From Cyanobacteria bacterium P01_D01_bin.156 (GTDB taxonomy: Bacteria > Cyanobacteriota > Cyanobacteriia > Phormidesmidales > Phormidesmidaceae): a stretch of DNA of 64,000 nt. The translations under genes were made by a program, and so were the position numbers. This document shows, piece by piece, positions 39,664 to 49,477 of the stretch; positions within the stretch are counted from its first letter, which is position 1; the number at the start of each line of letters is the position of its first letter. The notes beneath the pieces were generated by a model. The model saw only the letters and a list, made by a program, of their open reading frames with translations. It was not told the DNA's origin and searched no databases. The stretch lies in NCBI GenBank assembly GCA_039024555.1, contig JBCCQQ010000011.1:32001-96000 (forward strand), in the 5' to 3' direction.

Positions 39664-42645
39664 ATGACCGATGTATTTATTTCATATTCTCGCAAAGATA
39701 AAGCCTTTGTTCAAGTGCTCAACCAGGCCCTGGCGGATAGCAAATACGATGCCTGGGTGGATTGGGAAAATATTCCTCTGACAGCGGACTGGTGGGAGGA
39801 AATCAAAGCAGGGATTGAAGGGGCGGATACGTTTATCTTTGTCATCAGTCCCGACTCTATTGCGTCTAAGGTGTGTGGTCAAGAGATTGACCATGCGGTA
39901 GAAAACAATAAGCGACTGTTGCCGATTGTGTACCGGGACGGGTTTGATATGGACCTGGTACGTCCAGCATTAGGTAAACATAACTGGCTGTTCTTTAAAG
40001 AAGAGAATGATTTTGATCCAGCATTCGCTTCTCTCGTGGAAACGCTGAATACAGATCTGTCCCATGTGAAGACCCACACACGATTGCTAGTTAAAGCTCA
40101 GGAATGGGATAAGAAACACCGTCGAGATGATTTGTTGCTGCGGGGTGATGAATTTGTTATTTCTGAAAACTGGCTAGTGGAAGCCCTTGACCAACAAAAG
40201 GAACCGCTGCCAGCCACACTACATAAAGAGTATATCCAGGCCGGACGGGAAGCCCAGGAGCGAGAGGTTAAGCAAGAAAAGCGGCGGATTTTGATTCTCA
40301 GGACAATGCTTGCCATCATGAGCTTTACCGCAGTTACTGCAACGGGAGCTGGTATTTACGCCTACCAACTGTGGCGTAATGGCGAAGTTGCCCAAATTGA
40401 GTCCTTGGCTAAGCAGTCAAACGCGGAGTTTTTGGCGGGGCAAAATACTGATGCGTTGATTACGGCGCTGAAGGCAGGACACAGGTGGGAAAAGTATCCA
40501 GAGAGCGATCGCCAACTCGTGCCTCAGGTGTTACTTCAAGCTGTAGACGGCATTCGGGTAATTAAAACCTTAGGCGGACAAAATAACGTAATCCTCAGAT
40601 TAGCCTTCAGCCCTGACGGGGAGATCATGGCTGAAGGCAGTGCCAGTGGAATCATTAACTTATGGAATAAACAGGGAAAGTTACTCAATACTCTCACAGA
40701 GCATGAAGGCTCTATTCGAAGGCTTATTTTTAGTCCCGATGGGCAAGTTTTAGCATCTGCAAGTGGAGATAAAACTGCTAAATTGTGGAACTTAAATGGA
40801 GAATTACTGCACACGCTTTCAGGCCACACGGACCAAGTACGGGATCTAAGATTCAGTCCTGATGGTCAAACGATTGTGACCTCAAGCCACGACAGCACCC
40901 TCAAGCTCTGGACCCGAGAGGGAAAATTGTTGAAAACACTCGATAATCATGAAGACCGAGCATGGAATTTAGCATTGAGCCCCGATGGCACGATGATAGC
41001 TTCTCACAGCGACGACAGTACTGTAAAAATCTGGAACTTTGAAGGGGAGTTGCTTCATTCGCTACCTCATACCCGAGTCCCTTGGCACACCACATTTAGT
41101 CCTGATAGTGAGCTTATTGCCTCAGGTGGCTATGATCAAACAGTTTCGCTCTGGAATCGCAATGGAGAACTGCTTCATACCTTGACTGGACATGAAGGTA
41201 TCGTTCGGAGAATAGCCTTCAGCCCTGACGGTCAACTATTGGCCTCAGCGAGTGCTGACAACACTATTAAATTGTGGACGAGACAAGGGCAACTTCTTAA
41301 AACGCTTACAGGACACACTCGTACTGTGAGGGGAATAAAGTTTGCGAGTGATGGCAAAATGTTTGCGTCAACTAGTGCTGACAATACCATTAAGCTATGG
41401 GCACGAGATGGCACGCTTTTACAAACTTTGACTGGACACCAAGCATGGGTAGATGCCCTTGAATTCAGCCCTAATGGGCAGATTCTTGCATCAGGCAGCG
41501 GCGACCAGACGGTAAAACTGTGGCAGATGGAAGGAACTGTTTCAACTTCTCTGCAAGGACACACCAGTTTTGTCAGAACCATTCAACACAGCCCTGATGG
41601 ACAAACTTTAGTGACTGGAGGTTCTGATGGCACGTTCAAATTTTGGACAACCGAGGGAGAATTAATCCGCACTGTTGATGGTCACAAGAAAGAAAATGAA
41701 GAAGATGAAATTGAAAATGCTACCTTTAGTCCCGATGGACAAGCCATTGCGACTATCAGCCGTAATGGGGCTAACGCCAAACTCTGGACTTCAGACGGTG
41801 AACTACTGCATGTTCTGGAAGGCCATGAAGGCCAAGGTGGTCGGATAACGTTTAGTCCAGACAGTCAAACTATTGCCTCTTCCAGTGGAAATGTTATTAG
41901 GCTATGGAACTTAGATGGTGATCTGTTACATACTCTAAACGGCCATACAGAATTCATTAGATTTATTGTCTTTAGCCCCGATGGTCAAACGCTAGCCTCT
42001 ACGAGTAACGATGGCACCCTTAAGCTTTGGAACTTAAATGGTGAACACCTAAAAACCCTCGGTAATCGAGAAGAGCGATACTTGGAGATGTCGTTTAGTC
42101 CTGATGGGCAATATCTTGTGGCCGCAAATGGTGACCAAACATTACAACTGTGGAATGCTAACGGTGACCTACTTCGTACTCTGGAAGGCCATGAAGATGA
42201 AGTGATTAGAGTTCTCTTTAGTCGTGACGGAGAAACTATCATTTCTGGTGGCGATGACGGTACTCTACGATTCTGGAATTTAGACGGAGAACTGTTAAAG
42301 AGTATCGAAGGCCATGAGGGTCAGATTTGGCACATGGAATTGAGTCCCGACGGTCAAACTATTGCTACAGGAAGTAGCGATCACACCATCAAGCTGTGGT
42401 CAATCGACGGAGAGCTGATACAAACTCTCGTAGGTCATAAAGGCTGGATCCTGCGTTTAGAATTTAGTCCTGATGGCAAAACTCTTGCGTCTAGCAGTGC
42501 CGATGAAACGGCAATTCTGTGGGACTTGGAATCGCTGAAATTTGATGCCCTAATGCAGCAGGGCTGTGAGTGGTGGCGCGAGTACACCAAGTACCAAGAC
42601 ACTCCACCCGACCAGCAAGCTATCTGTGGTGAAGTTGAAGGCTAG
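39664..42645 (+). CDS. TIR-TM-WD40 protein, copy 3
   Basis: Same architecture; GAGGAG SD in the 15-nt junction after copy 2. Confidence 0.92.
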   Translation: MTDVFISYSRKDKAFVQVLNQALADSKYDAWVDWENIPLTADWWEEIKAGIEGADTFIFVISPDSIASKVCGQEIDHAVENNKRLLPIVYRDGFDMDLVRPALGKHNWLFFKEENDFDPAFASLVETLNTDLSHVKTHTRLLVKAQEWDKKHRRDDLLLRGDEFVISENWLVEALDQQKEPLPATLHKEYIQAGREAQEREVKQEKRRILILRTMLAIMSFTAVTATGAGIYAYQLWRNGEVAQIESLAKQSNAEFLAGQNTDALITALKAGHRWEKYPESDRQLVPQVLLQAVDGIRVIKTLGGQNNVILRLAFSPDGEIMAEGSASGIINLWNKQGKLLNTLTEHEGSIRRLIFSPDGQVLASASGDKTAKLWNLNGELLHTLSGHTDQVRDLRFSPDGQTIVTSSHDSTLKLWTREGKLLKTLDNHEDRAWNLALSPDGTMIASHSDDSTVKIWNFEGELLHSLPHTRVPWHTTFSPDSELIASGGYDQTVSLWNRNGELLHTLTGHEGIVRRIAFSPDGQLLASASADNTIKLWTRQGQLLKTLTGHTRTVRGIKFASDGKMFASTSADNTIKLWARDGTLLQTLTGHQAWVDALEFSPNGQILASGSGDQTVKLWQMEGTVSTSLQGHTSFVRTIQHSPDGQTLVTGGSDGTFKFWTTEGELIRTVDGHKKENEEDEIENATFSPDGQAIATISRNGANAKLWTSDGELLHVLEGHEGQGGRITFSPDSQTIASSSGNVIRLWNLDGDLLHTLNGHTEFIRFIVFSPDGQTLASTSNDGTLKLWNLNGEHLKTLGNREERYLEMSFSPDGQYLVAANGDQTLQLWNANGDLLRTLEGHEDEVIRVLFSRDGETIISGGDDGTLRFWNLDGELLKSIEGHEGQIWHMELSPDGQTIATGSSDHTIKLWSIDGELIQTLVGHKGWILRLEFSPDGKTLASSSADETAILWDLESLKFDALMQQGCEWWREYTKYQDTPPDQQAICGEVEG

Positions 42646-42660
42646 AGGAGTTTTATCACG

Positions 42661-45639
42661 ATGACAGACGTATTTATTTCCTACTCCCGCAAAGACAAAG
42701 CCTTTGTTCAGGTGCTCAACCAGGCACTAGCCGATAGCAAATACGATGCCTGGGTGGATTGGGAGAATATTCCCCTCACTGCTGACTGGTGGGAAGAGAT
42801 TAAAGCGGGGATCGAAGGGGCGGATACGTTTATCTTTGTCATCAGCCCGGACTCGATTGCGTCTAAGGTATGTGGTCAGGAGATTGACCATGCAGTAGAA
42901 AACAATAAGCGGTTGTTGCCGATTGTGTACCGAGAAGGGTTTGATATGTCCTTGGTGCGCCCGGCTTTGGGTAAACACAACTGGCTGTTCTTCAAAGAAG
43001 AGAATGACTTTGACCCAGCATTTGCATCGCTGGTGGATGCCCTCAATACGGATCTATCCCATGTGAAGACCCACACACGCTTACTGGTTAAAGCTCAAGA
43101 ATGGGATAAAAAGCACCGACGGGATGATTTGTTGCTACGGGGTGATGAGTTTATCATTTCCGAAAACTGGCTAGTGGAAGCCCTTGATCAACACAAGGAA
43201 CCACTGCCAGCCACACTACACAAAGAGTATATCCAGGCGGGACGGGAGGCTCAGGAACGGGAGGTTAAACAAGAGAAGCGACGGATTTTGATCCTTAGGT
43301 CGCTAGTCGCCATTCTGAGTCTTGCCTTTGTAGGGGCTGCTGGTCTTGGTGCTCATGCTTATAATTTATGGCGTAAAGGAGAAGTTGAACAGATTGAGTC
43401 TCTGGCAAAACAGTCTAATGCTGAATTTTTAGCAGGACGAAATACCGATGCGTTGATTACGGCTCTAGAAGCAGGGCATCAATGGCAAAAATATCCAGGT
43501 AGCGATCGCATCTTCGTTCATCAAGTCTTGGCACAAGCCGTCAACGGCATTCGCGAAATCAAAACCTTAGGTGACAACTATGATGTTATTTGGGACATTG
43601 CTGTTAGCCTCGACGGTAGCATCATTGCCTCTGGCGGCCACGTCGGAGAAATGAAACTCTGGAGCCGGGAAGGGAAGTTGCTCCATACCGTCTCGGCCCA
43701 TGAAAAGGGGATTCGTCAATTGGCTTTTAGCCCCGATGGCGAGATATTAGCGTCGGCGAGTGATGACCAGACGGCTAAGCTTTGGAACCTTCAGGGTGAG
43801 CCCCTAAAGACGCTCTCAGGTCATGAGGATAATGTTGAAGGTTTGGGATTCAGTCCCGATGGTCAAACCCTGGTGACATCTAGCAAGGATGCCACGCTTA
43901 AGCTCTGGAATCGAAACGGTGAGCTGTTGCAGACCTTGAACGATCATAAAGGCCCCGCTTGGGATCTGGTCTTCAGCTCCGATGGTCAGATATTTGCATC
44001 CCATAGCGATGACGACACCGTGAAGCTTTGGAATTGGGAAGGAGAAGTCCTCCGAACCCTCTATGAACCTAACGCTGATCCCTGGAGCAAAGCCTTTAGC
44101 CCAGATGGAGAACTGATCGCGACTGGTGGAGCCGATAAAACCATTAGACTATGGAATCTTGATGGCGAGCTATTACACACCCTGACAGGCCATGAAGATA
44201 CTGTACGCCAGGTCGTTTTCAGTCCAGATGGACAGTTGCTCGCCTCGGCGAGCTACGACAACACAATTAAACTCTGGAACCGAGAAGGAGAGATCATTAA
44301 AACCTTGGCAGGGCATACTCAAAATGTCAACTGGATGCAGTTTAGTCAGGATGGCCAAACCTTCGTCACCTCTAGTAGCGACGGCACGATCAAGCAGTGG
44401 AGGTTAGATGGAGCTTTACTGCAAACATTGACGGGACATACAAGTTGGGTCGGAGATGTTGTTTGGAGTCCAGATGGTCAAACGGTAATATCTGGCAGCG
44501 GCGACCGAACCGTTAAGCTTTGGCAATTGACAGGCAATACCTCAACCACGCTGAAAGGCCACAATTCATGGGTCAGCGCCGCTCAATATACTCCTGACGG
44601 TCAGATGCTGATCACAGGAGAAGGGTATGGCCCACTGAAATTTTGGACTGCCGACGGCGAGCTGATTCGCACGGTTGATGGACATAGTTATGATGATGGA
44701 CTCGGTGCCTTTGCCGTGAGTCCAGACGGTCAATTCATTGCTTCCATCAGCAATAATGGGCCAGTTGCCATCCTCTGGAATGCCCAAGGGGAAATACTAC
44801 ACACGCTCGAAGTCGAAGACGGATCTAAACCACGGGTAAGGTTTAGCCCTGATGGAGAAATCCTGCTTACCGCCCGGGGTGGTGTTATCCACCTCTGGAA
44901 TTTGGACGGAGAGCTCTTGCACACGCTGACTAGCGATACAGAGTCCATTCAAGACATCACCTTCAGTCCTGACAGTCAAATCCTGGTATCGACTAACAGT
45001 AATGGCCCCCTCAACATTTGGAGTGTTGAGGGTGAATTGCTAAATAGTTTAGGCGATCGGGAAGAACCTTATTATGCAGTAACCTTTAGCCCCGATGGAC
45101 AGTATCTGGTGGCGGGCAGCAAGGACAACACAGTGCAACTTTGGACTGCCAACGGCGAGTTGCTACACATGCTCGAAGGCCACACCGATGCAATAAACGA
45201 TGTTCTCTTTAGTCACGACGGTCAAACGATCATCTCTGCCAGCGAAGATGGCAACATCAAATTTTGGAGCCTAGAAGGTGAGCTAGTGAATTCAGCCAAG
45301 GCCGAGGAAGCAGAAATTTGGGAAGGAATATGGGATATTGCTTTGAGCCCTGACGGAGAGACGTTAGCGACCGCTGGAGACTATATCGTTAAGCTCTGGT
45401 CGATGAATGGCGAGCTTTTACAGACCTTAGTCGGTCACATTGGCTCGGTAAGGGATCTAGAATTCAGCCCCGACGGCAAAACCCTCGTCTCCAGTAGCGC
45501 TGATGAGACCGCTATTGTGTGGAATTTAGAAGCGCTGGAGTTTGATGCCCTGATGCAGCGAGGCTGTGAGTGGTTCAAAAACTACGAGGCCAACAAAACA
45601 GACGAAGACAAACATGAGTCTCTCTCCCTTTGCAATTAG
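42661..45639 (+). CDS. TIR-TM-WD40 protein, copy 4
   Basis: Same architecture; identical 15-nt junction; distinct C-terminal tail. Confidence 0.92.
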   Translation: MTDVFISYSRKDKAFVQVLNQALADSKYDAWVDWENIPLTADWWEEIKAGIEGADTFIFVISPDSIASKVCGQEIDHAVENNKRLLPIVYREGFDMSLVRPALGKHNWLFFKEENDFDPAFASLVDALNTDLSHVKTHTRLLVKAQEWDKKHRRDDLLLRGDEFIISENWLVEALDQHKEPLPATLHKEYIQAGREAQEREVKQEKRRILILRSLVAILSLAFVGAAGLGAHAYNLWRKGEVEQIESLAKQSNAEFLAGRNTDALITALEAGHQWQKYPGSDRIFVHQVLAQAVNGIREIKTLGDNYDVIWDIAVSLDGSIIASGGHVGEMKLWSREGKLLHTVSAHEKGIRQLAFSPDGEILASASDDQTAKLWNLQGEPLKTLSGHEDNVEGLGFSPDGQTLVTSSKDATLKLWNRNGELLQTLNDHKGPAWDLVFSSDGQIFASHSDDDTVKLWNWEGEVLRTLYEPNADPWSKAFSPDGELIATGGADKTIRLWNLDGELLHTLTGHEDTVRQVVFSPDGQLLASASYDNTIKLWNREGEIIKTLAGHTQNVNWMQFSQDGQTFVTSSSDGTIKQWRLDGALLQTLTGHTSWVGDVVWSPDGQTVISGSGDRTVKLWQLTGNTSTTLKGHNSWVSAAQYTPDGQMLITGEGYGPLKFWTADGELIRTVDGHSYDDGLGAFAVSPDGQFIASISNNGPVAILWNAQGEILHTLEVEDGSKPRVRFSPDGEILLTARGGVIHLWNLDGELLHTLTSDTESIQDITFSPDSQILVSTNSNGPLNIWSVEGELLNSLGDREEPYYAVTFSPDGQYLVAGSKDNTVQLWTANGELLHMLEGHTDAINDVLFSHDGQTIISASEDGNIKFWSLEGELVNSAKAEEAEIWEGIWDIALSPDGETLATAGDYIVKLWSMNGELLQTLVGHIGSVRDLEFSPDGKTLVSSSADETAIVWNLEALEFDALMQRGCEWFKNYEANKTDEDKHESLSLCN

Positions 45640-45660
45640 CCTGCGTCTATTCCCCAACAA

Positions 45661-46950
45661 CTATGAACCCAAAACCATCTCATTAACCGTTTGTCCCATC
45701 TGCAGAGGCGACGCTTTTCTCTTAATTGAAATACAGTCAGCTAAATAATTAGCATCACGCGCAATGCCAGAAAAACGACCCGAACCCCAGGTATACAACC
45801 AAGGTAACCCCAAGAAATAAAGCCCCGACACAGGAGTCACACCCCGCTCATGACCGGGATAACCCTTGCCATCAAAAACAGGAACATCCACCCAGCCAAA
45901 ATTAGAGTGGTAGCCCGTGGACCAAATAACCGTCGAAATATTTGCCGCCTCTAGATCGAGAGAAAGTGTGCTGGTTTCCGGTTGCCACACTGGACAATAG
46001 TCGGCCTCCACAGGTGCATCCAGCTGATGTTTTTCAATGTAGTCATCAATGGTGCTTTTAATGCTTTCAGACACGGCATCGGCCTGATCTAAATTTTGTC
46101 GAAGATTATCTTGAAATGTTAAATCGCTTCCTTGAATACTATCGAGTTTGCCATAGAGCTTCATCCCTTCTAGGGCAAAATGTCGCAAGTCAATCTCTCG
46201 TCCACCATCGCGACCGGTAACATAGTGATTTGTTTTAGTCCGAACAGATTCTTTTTGGGGATGATCATCAATGGACATATCGTAATAGCCCATCTGATCC
46301 AGCCAGTCCACCACATCCTTCCCGCGATACACACGGGGAGACCGGGGCGCACCCCCAACACATAAATGTACCTGTTTGCCTGCCAGGTGCAAGTCTTCAG
46401 CAATTTGGCACCCGGATTGCCCCGTACCTACCACTAGCACAGCCCCATCGGCCAAAGCCTCAGGATTCTTATATTCCGAGGAATGGATCTGGGTAACCGA
46501 TTGGGGTAACCGTTCCGCCATTCTAGGAATTTTGGGCGTATGGTAACCACCGGTGGCAATCACCACCTGGTCAGCAACATAGTGACCAATGGACGTTTCA
46601 ATATCAAATACGTTTTCAGGTTTACTGATTTTCTCAACCGTTACCCCTTCTTTTACTAACGGCTGAAACGATTGAGCATAGTCTTCTATATATTGCACAA
46701 TCTCATCCCGCTGCATAAAGCCGTTGGGGTCACCACCCGGATAGTGATACCCCGGCAACGTGCACTGCCAGTTAGGGGTTACCAGACAAAACGTATCCCA
46801 ACGCTTAGAACGCCACGAATGGGCAATTTTGTGCTTTTCAAAAATTATGTTGTCAATGCCTCGCTGCTTGAGGCAGTAGCTAATGGCTAAGCCCGCCTGA
46901 CCGCCACCGATAATGGCAACTGGAAAATGGGAACTGGTTAATGCTCGCAT
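45661..46950 (-). CDS. nitH: MSMEG_0569-family flavin-dependent oxidoreductase (Nit1C cluster)
   Basis: IIGGGQAGL, RWDTFCLVTPNW, VVGTGQSGCQIAEDL, GLPWLYTWGSGRF; cluster context. Confidence 0.88.
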   Translation of the reverse strand: MRALTSSHFPVAIIGGGQAGLAISYCLKQRGIDNIIFEKHKIAHSWRSKRWDTFCLVTPNWQCTLPGYHYPGGDPNGFMQRDEIVQYIEDYAQSFQPLVKEGVTVEKISKPENVFDIETSIGHYVADQVVIATGGYHTPKIPRMAERLPQSVTQIHSSEYKNPEALADGAVLVVGTGQSGCQIAEDLHLAGKQVHLCVGGAPRSPRVYRGKDVVDWLDQMGYYDMSIDDHPQKESVRTKTNHYVTGRDGGREIDLRHFALEGMKLYGKLDSIQGSDLTFQDNLRQNLDQADAVSESIKSTIDDYIEKHQLDAPVEADYCPVWQPETSTLSLDLEAANISTVIWSTGYHSNFGWVDVPVFDGKGYPGHERGVTPVSGLYFLGLPWLYTWGSGRFSGIARDANYLADCISIKRKASPLQMGQTVNEMVLGS

Positions 46951-47067
46951 GGCTTTAGTAGCTAGAGAATGAGTAACCTGCCCCACTATCCACACTCGTA
47001 AGAGTTCAAAGACAGCAGCATTTGAAGGCAGGGCAATTTGCTTCGATGGCGAAATTGCTATAGTTCA

Positions 47068-47109
47068 ACCATAGGAATCTCAACGGTGAGTACCTGTATC
47101 GAGAGTTAC
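47068..47109 (-). promoter_or_regulatory. NtcA-activated-type promoter for nitH
   Basis: Minus strand reads GTAACTCTCGATAC (GTA-N8-TAC, 47096-47109), exactly 22 nt, then TATGGT (TAN3T -10 box, 47068-47073). Confidence 0.7.
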
Positions 47110-47192
47110 CAAACACACAAGTCTCGGACTATGGTCAGGGCAGATCTGCAGGCGCTAGCTTAAATAACAGCTCATCATAGGTTAATCGCGAT

Positions 47193-47216
47193 TTACCTGC
47201 ACTTTTTGACAGGTAA
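47193..47216. promoter_or_regulatory. Lux-box-like palindrome upstream of nitB
   Basis: TTACCTG-CACTTTTTGA-CAGGTAA, i.e. an ACCTG-N10-CAGGT core, overlapping a TTGACA hexamer (47206-47211). Confidence 0.5.
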
Positions 47217-47361
47217 CTGTCTTTTTAGAATATCTCTCATCAGTATTAAATCTGTTTCCCTGTCTCATTTGTCAGGCTTTATCGCTTTGTAACAACAGAT
47301 ACGAGAAAGAGAACTTAGACCTTTTAAGCTGCTGACAAATCCATATGTGGGAGTAACGTAA

Positions 47362-47844
47362 ATGCCTGAAGTAACCGCTCCAGCTCATCAGGCCGGTGAC
47401 TTTTTCGTTGACTACGAAGAAAAAGTGTTTCCAGATGTTCAAGCAGAACCTGGAGAGAAAGCGCTGGTGGCTTTTCACACGGTCGCTTTTGAGGGGTCCA
47501 TTGGTTTAGTCAATCTGTTACAGGCGACTCGCTTAATCCGTAAAGGGTTTGAAACCTCTGTATTGCTCTACGGTCCCGGTGTGACACTAGGTGTACAGCG
47601 TGGTTTCCCAAAACTAGGTGACGAGGCATTTCCAGGACACTTGGCCATGAATAACCAGTTGGTCAAGGTGATGGAAGAAGGCGGTAAGGTTTATGCTTGC
47701 CGGTTTGCGCTCCAGGCCCTTTATGGTCATGGTGAACCTTCTTTAATTCCCGGCATCACGCCGATTAATCCTTTGGATGTATTGGATATTATTCTGTTAC
47801 ACCGTAAGGAAGGCGCATTTGTTCTGGATACTTGGACAATGTAG
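47362..47844 (+). CDS. nitB: MSMEG_0572/Sll0783-family nitrogen-starvation protein (DsrE-like)
   Basis: [35 protein letters not shown]; directly upstream of the nitrilase. Confidence 0.9.
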   Translation: MPEVTAPAHQAGDFFVDYEEKVFPDVQAEPGEKALVAFHTVAFEGSIGLVNLLQATRLIRKGFETSVLLYGPGVTLGVQRGFPKLGDEAFPGHLAMNNQLVKVMEEGGKVYACRFALQALYGHGEPSLIPGITPINPLDVLDIILLHRKEGAFVLDTWTM

Positions 47845-48067
47845 GAAATCGAAGAAAAATTGTTTAGGCAATTTTCTTTTGAAATCTTGCATTTGGCAAA
47901 TCCTGAACAAGCAGCAGTGCACAAGATTCTATTCTGCTCTTTCTGAAGGGCTTTAGGAGAATTACTGGGGCGGGAGCTTCTACCTAGGAGTATTGGCCCC
48001 CTCTCTCTCAGTCTCTCTTGTGAAGGCTACTCATCTAAAGATTATTGACGTTGAGGATGATAGCAAC

Positions 48068-48162
48068 GGTCCCCCTTAAATAAGGGGACCAACGGAGGGG
48101 TTCTTGATCGTTAACGCTGACATCGAGCCCCCTCCCTGACGGTTCCCCTTAGTAAGGGGAAC
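48068..48162. repeat. Palindromic intergenic repeat (CCCCTT-N3/4-AAGGGG family), inverted copy
   Basis: Two CCCCTT..AAGGGG hairpins; the reverse complement of 48121-48162 closely matches 50611-50653. Confidence 0.75.
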
Positions 48163-48406
48163 TATTAGCAGGCTATTTTGAGAGCCATGAATCTCAAGAG
48201 TTTTAGCTATTGAACCATGCATACTCGTTACCCTCATAACGAGGAAATGAATATCGTCAAATCTCATAACGATATTTTTTCAGAACCATTCATAGCTGTT
48301 CTCTCAAACGTCAACGTAGGCCAATCGGCACCATTGATTTTGACCTCTTGAATGTTCTTTATATCTCAAATAGAATGATCGTTCTATTTCATACGCTTTA
48401 GCCACT

Positions 48407-49423
48407 ATGGACTACTCTCGCACAGTGAGAGCGGCGGCTGTACAGATTGCCCCTGTGCTGCATAGTCGTTCCGGCACAATGGAAAAGGTACTTAAAGCCA
48501 TTGATGATGCGGCCAAGGAGGGCGCACAGTTAGTGGTTTTTCCAGAAACCTTTGTGCCCTATTACCCATATTTTTCCTTTGTGTTGCCAGCGGTGCTGAT
48601 GGGTAAGGAGCATATGAAGCTCTACGAGGAAGCGGTGGAAGTGCCGGGACCGGTTACGGAAGCCGTCAGTGCAGCAGCGAGAACCCACGGTATAGTAGTT
48701 GTTCTAGGGGTAAACGAACGTGATAAGGGCTCTCTTTACAACACTCAGCTGATTTTTGATGCGGATGGTAGCTGTCTGCTGAAACGACGCAAGATTACGC
48801 CCACCTACCATGAGCGCATGGTGTGGGGACAGGGGGATGGCTCTGGGCTGCAGGTGTGTGATACGGCGGTGGGCCGCGTTGGTGCCCTGGCCTGTTGGGA
48901 ACATTACAATCCCCTGGCGCGATACAGCCTAATGGCGAACCATGAACAGATTCACTGCGCCCAGTTTCCTGGCTCCATGGTCGGGGAGATTTTTTCAAGC
49001 CAAACAGAGGTGACCCTACGCCACCATGCGCTAGAGTCCGGTTGTTTTGTGGTGAATTCTACCGGTTGGCTGACGCCTGACCAGGTCAGTGAGATTGCCC
49101 CCAATGAAGGTTTAGAGAAGGTTTTACGGGGTGGCTGCTATACGGCCATTATTAGCCCAGAAGGGGTGCCGCTGTGTGAACCGATTCGGGAAGGTGAGGG
49201 AATTGCGATCGCAGACCTAGATTTCTCTCTGATCACCAAACGTAAGCGGATGATGGACTCCGTGGGCCACTATGCTCGACCTGACTTATTACAGTTATCG
49301 GTGAATAAAGCCGCCTATTCTGTTGTTTCTTCTGATATAGCAACACCGGCTGAAGATAGTGGGGCCTGTTATCCACCTGAATCATCTTTTCCAGAGGCTT
49401 CTCCTGAGACAAATCCGATGTAA
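48407..49423 (+). CDS. nitC: Nit6803/Nit1C-family nitrilase
   Basis: Catalytic triad E (VFPETF), K (RRKITPT), C (LACWEH); [10 protein letters not shown]. Confidence 0.93.
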   Translation: MDYSRTVRAAAVQIAPVLHSRSGTMEKVLKAIDDAAKEGAQLVVFPETFVPYYPYFSFVLPAVLMGKEHMKLYEEAVEVPGPVTEAVSAAARTHGIVVVLGVNERDKGSLYNTQLIFDADGSCLLKRRKITPTYHERMVWGQGDGSGLQVCDTAVGRVGALACWEHYNPLARYSLMANHEQIHCAQFPGSMVGEIFSSQTEVTLRHHALESGCFVVNSTGWLTPDQVSEIAPNEGLEKVLRGGCYTAIISPEGVPLCEPIREGEGIAIADLDFSLITKRKRMMDSVGHYARPDLLQLSVNKAAYSVVSSDIATPAEDSGACYPPESSFPEASPETNPM

Positions 49424-49477
49424 AACATTCGGCCTCCAACACATTTCAATTTTAGATATATCTCTTTTTATCCGACC

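Noticed and set aside
34236..44979. Recurrent short minus-strand ORFs (PSGLK motifs)
   Set aside because: Antisense reading of the WD40 FSPDG codons.
32938..45639. Diversity-generating retroelement or CRISPR-like array behind the WD40 variation
   Set aside because: No reverse transcriptase, no template/variable repeat pair with adenine-specific differences and no repeat-spacer structure seen; the repetition is protein-level WD40 periodicity.
32938..45639. Array being an assembly duplication artefact
   Set aside because: The copies differ at many synonymous sites in the TIR and extensively in the WD40 region.
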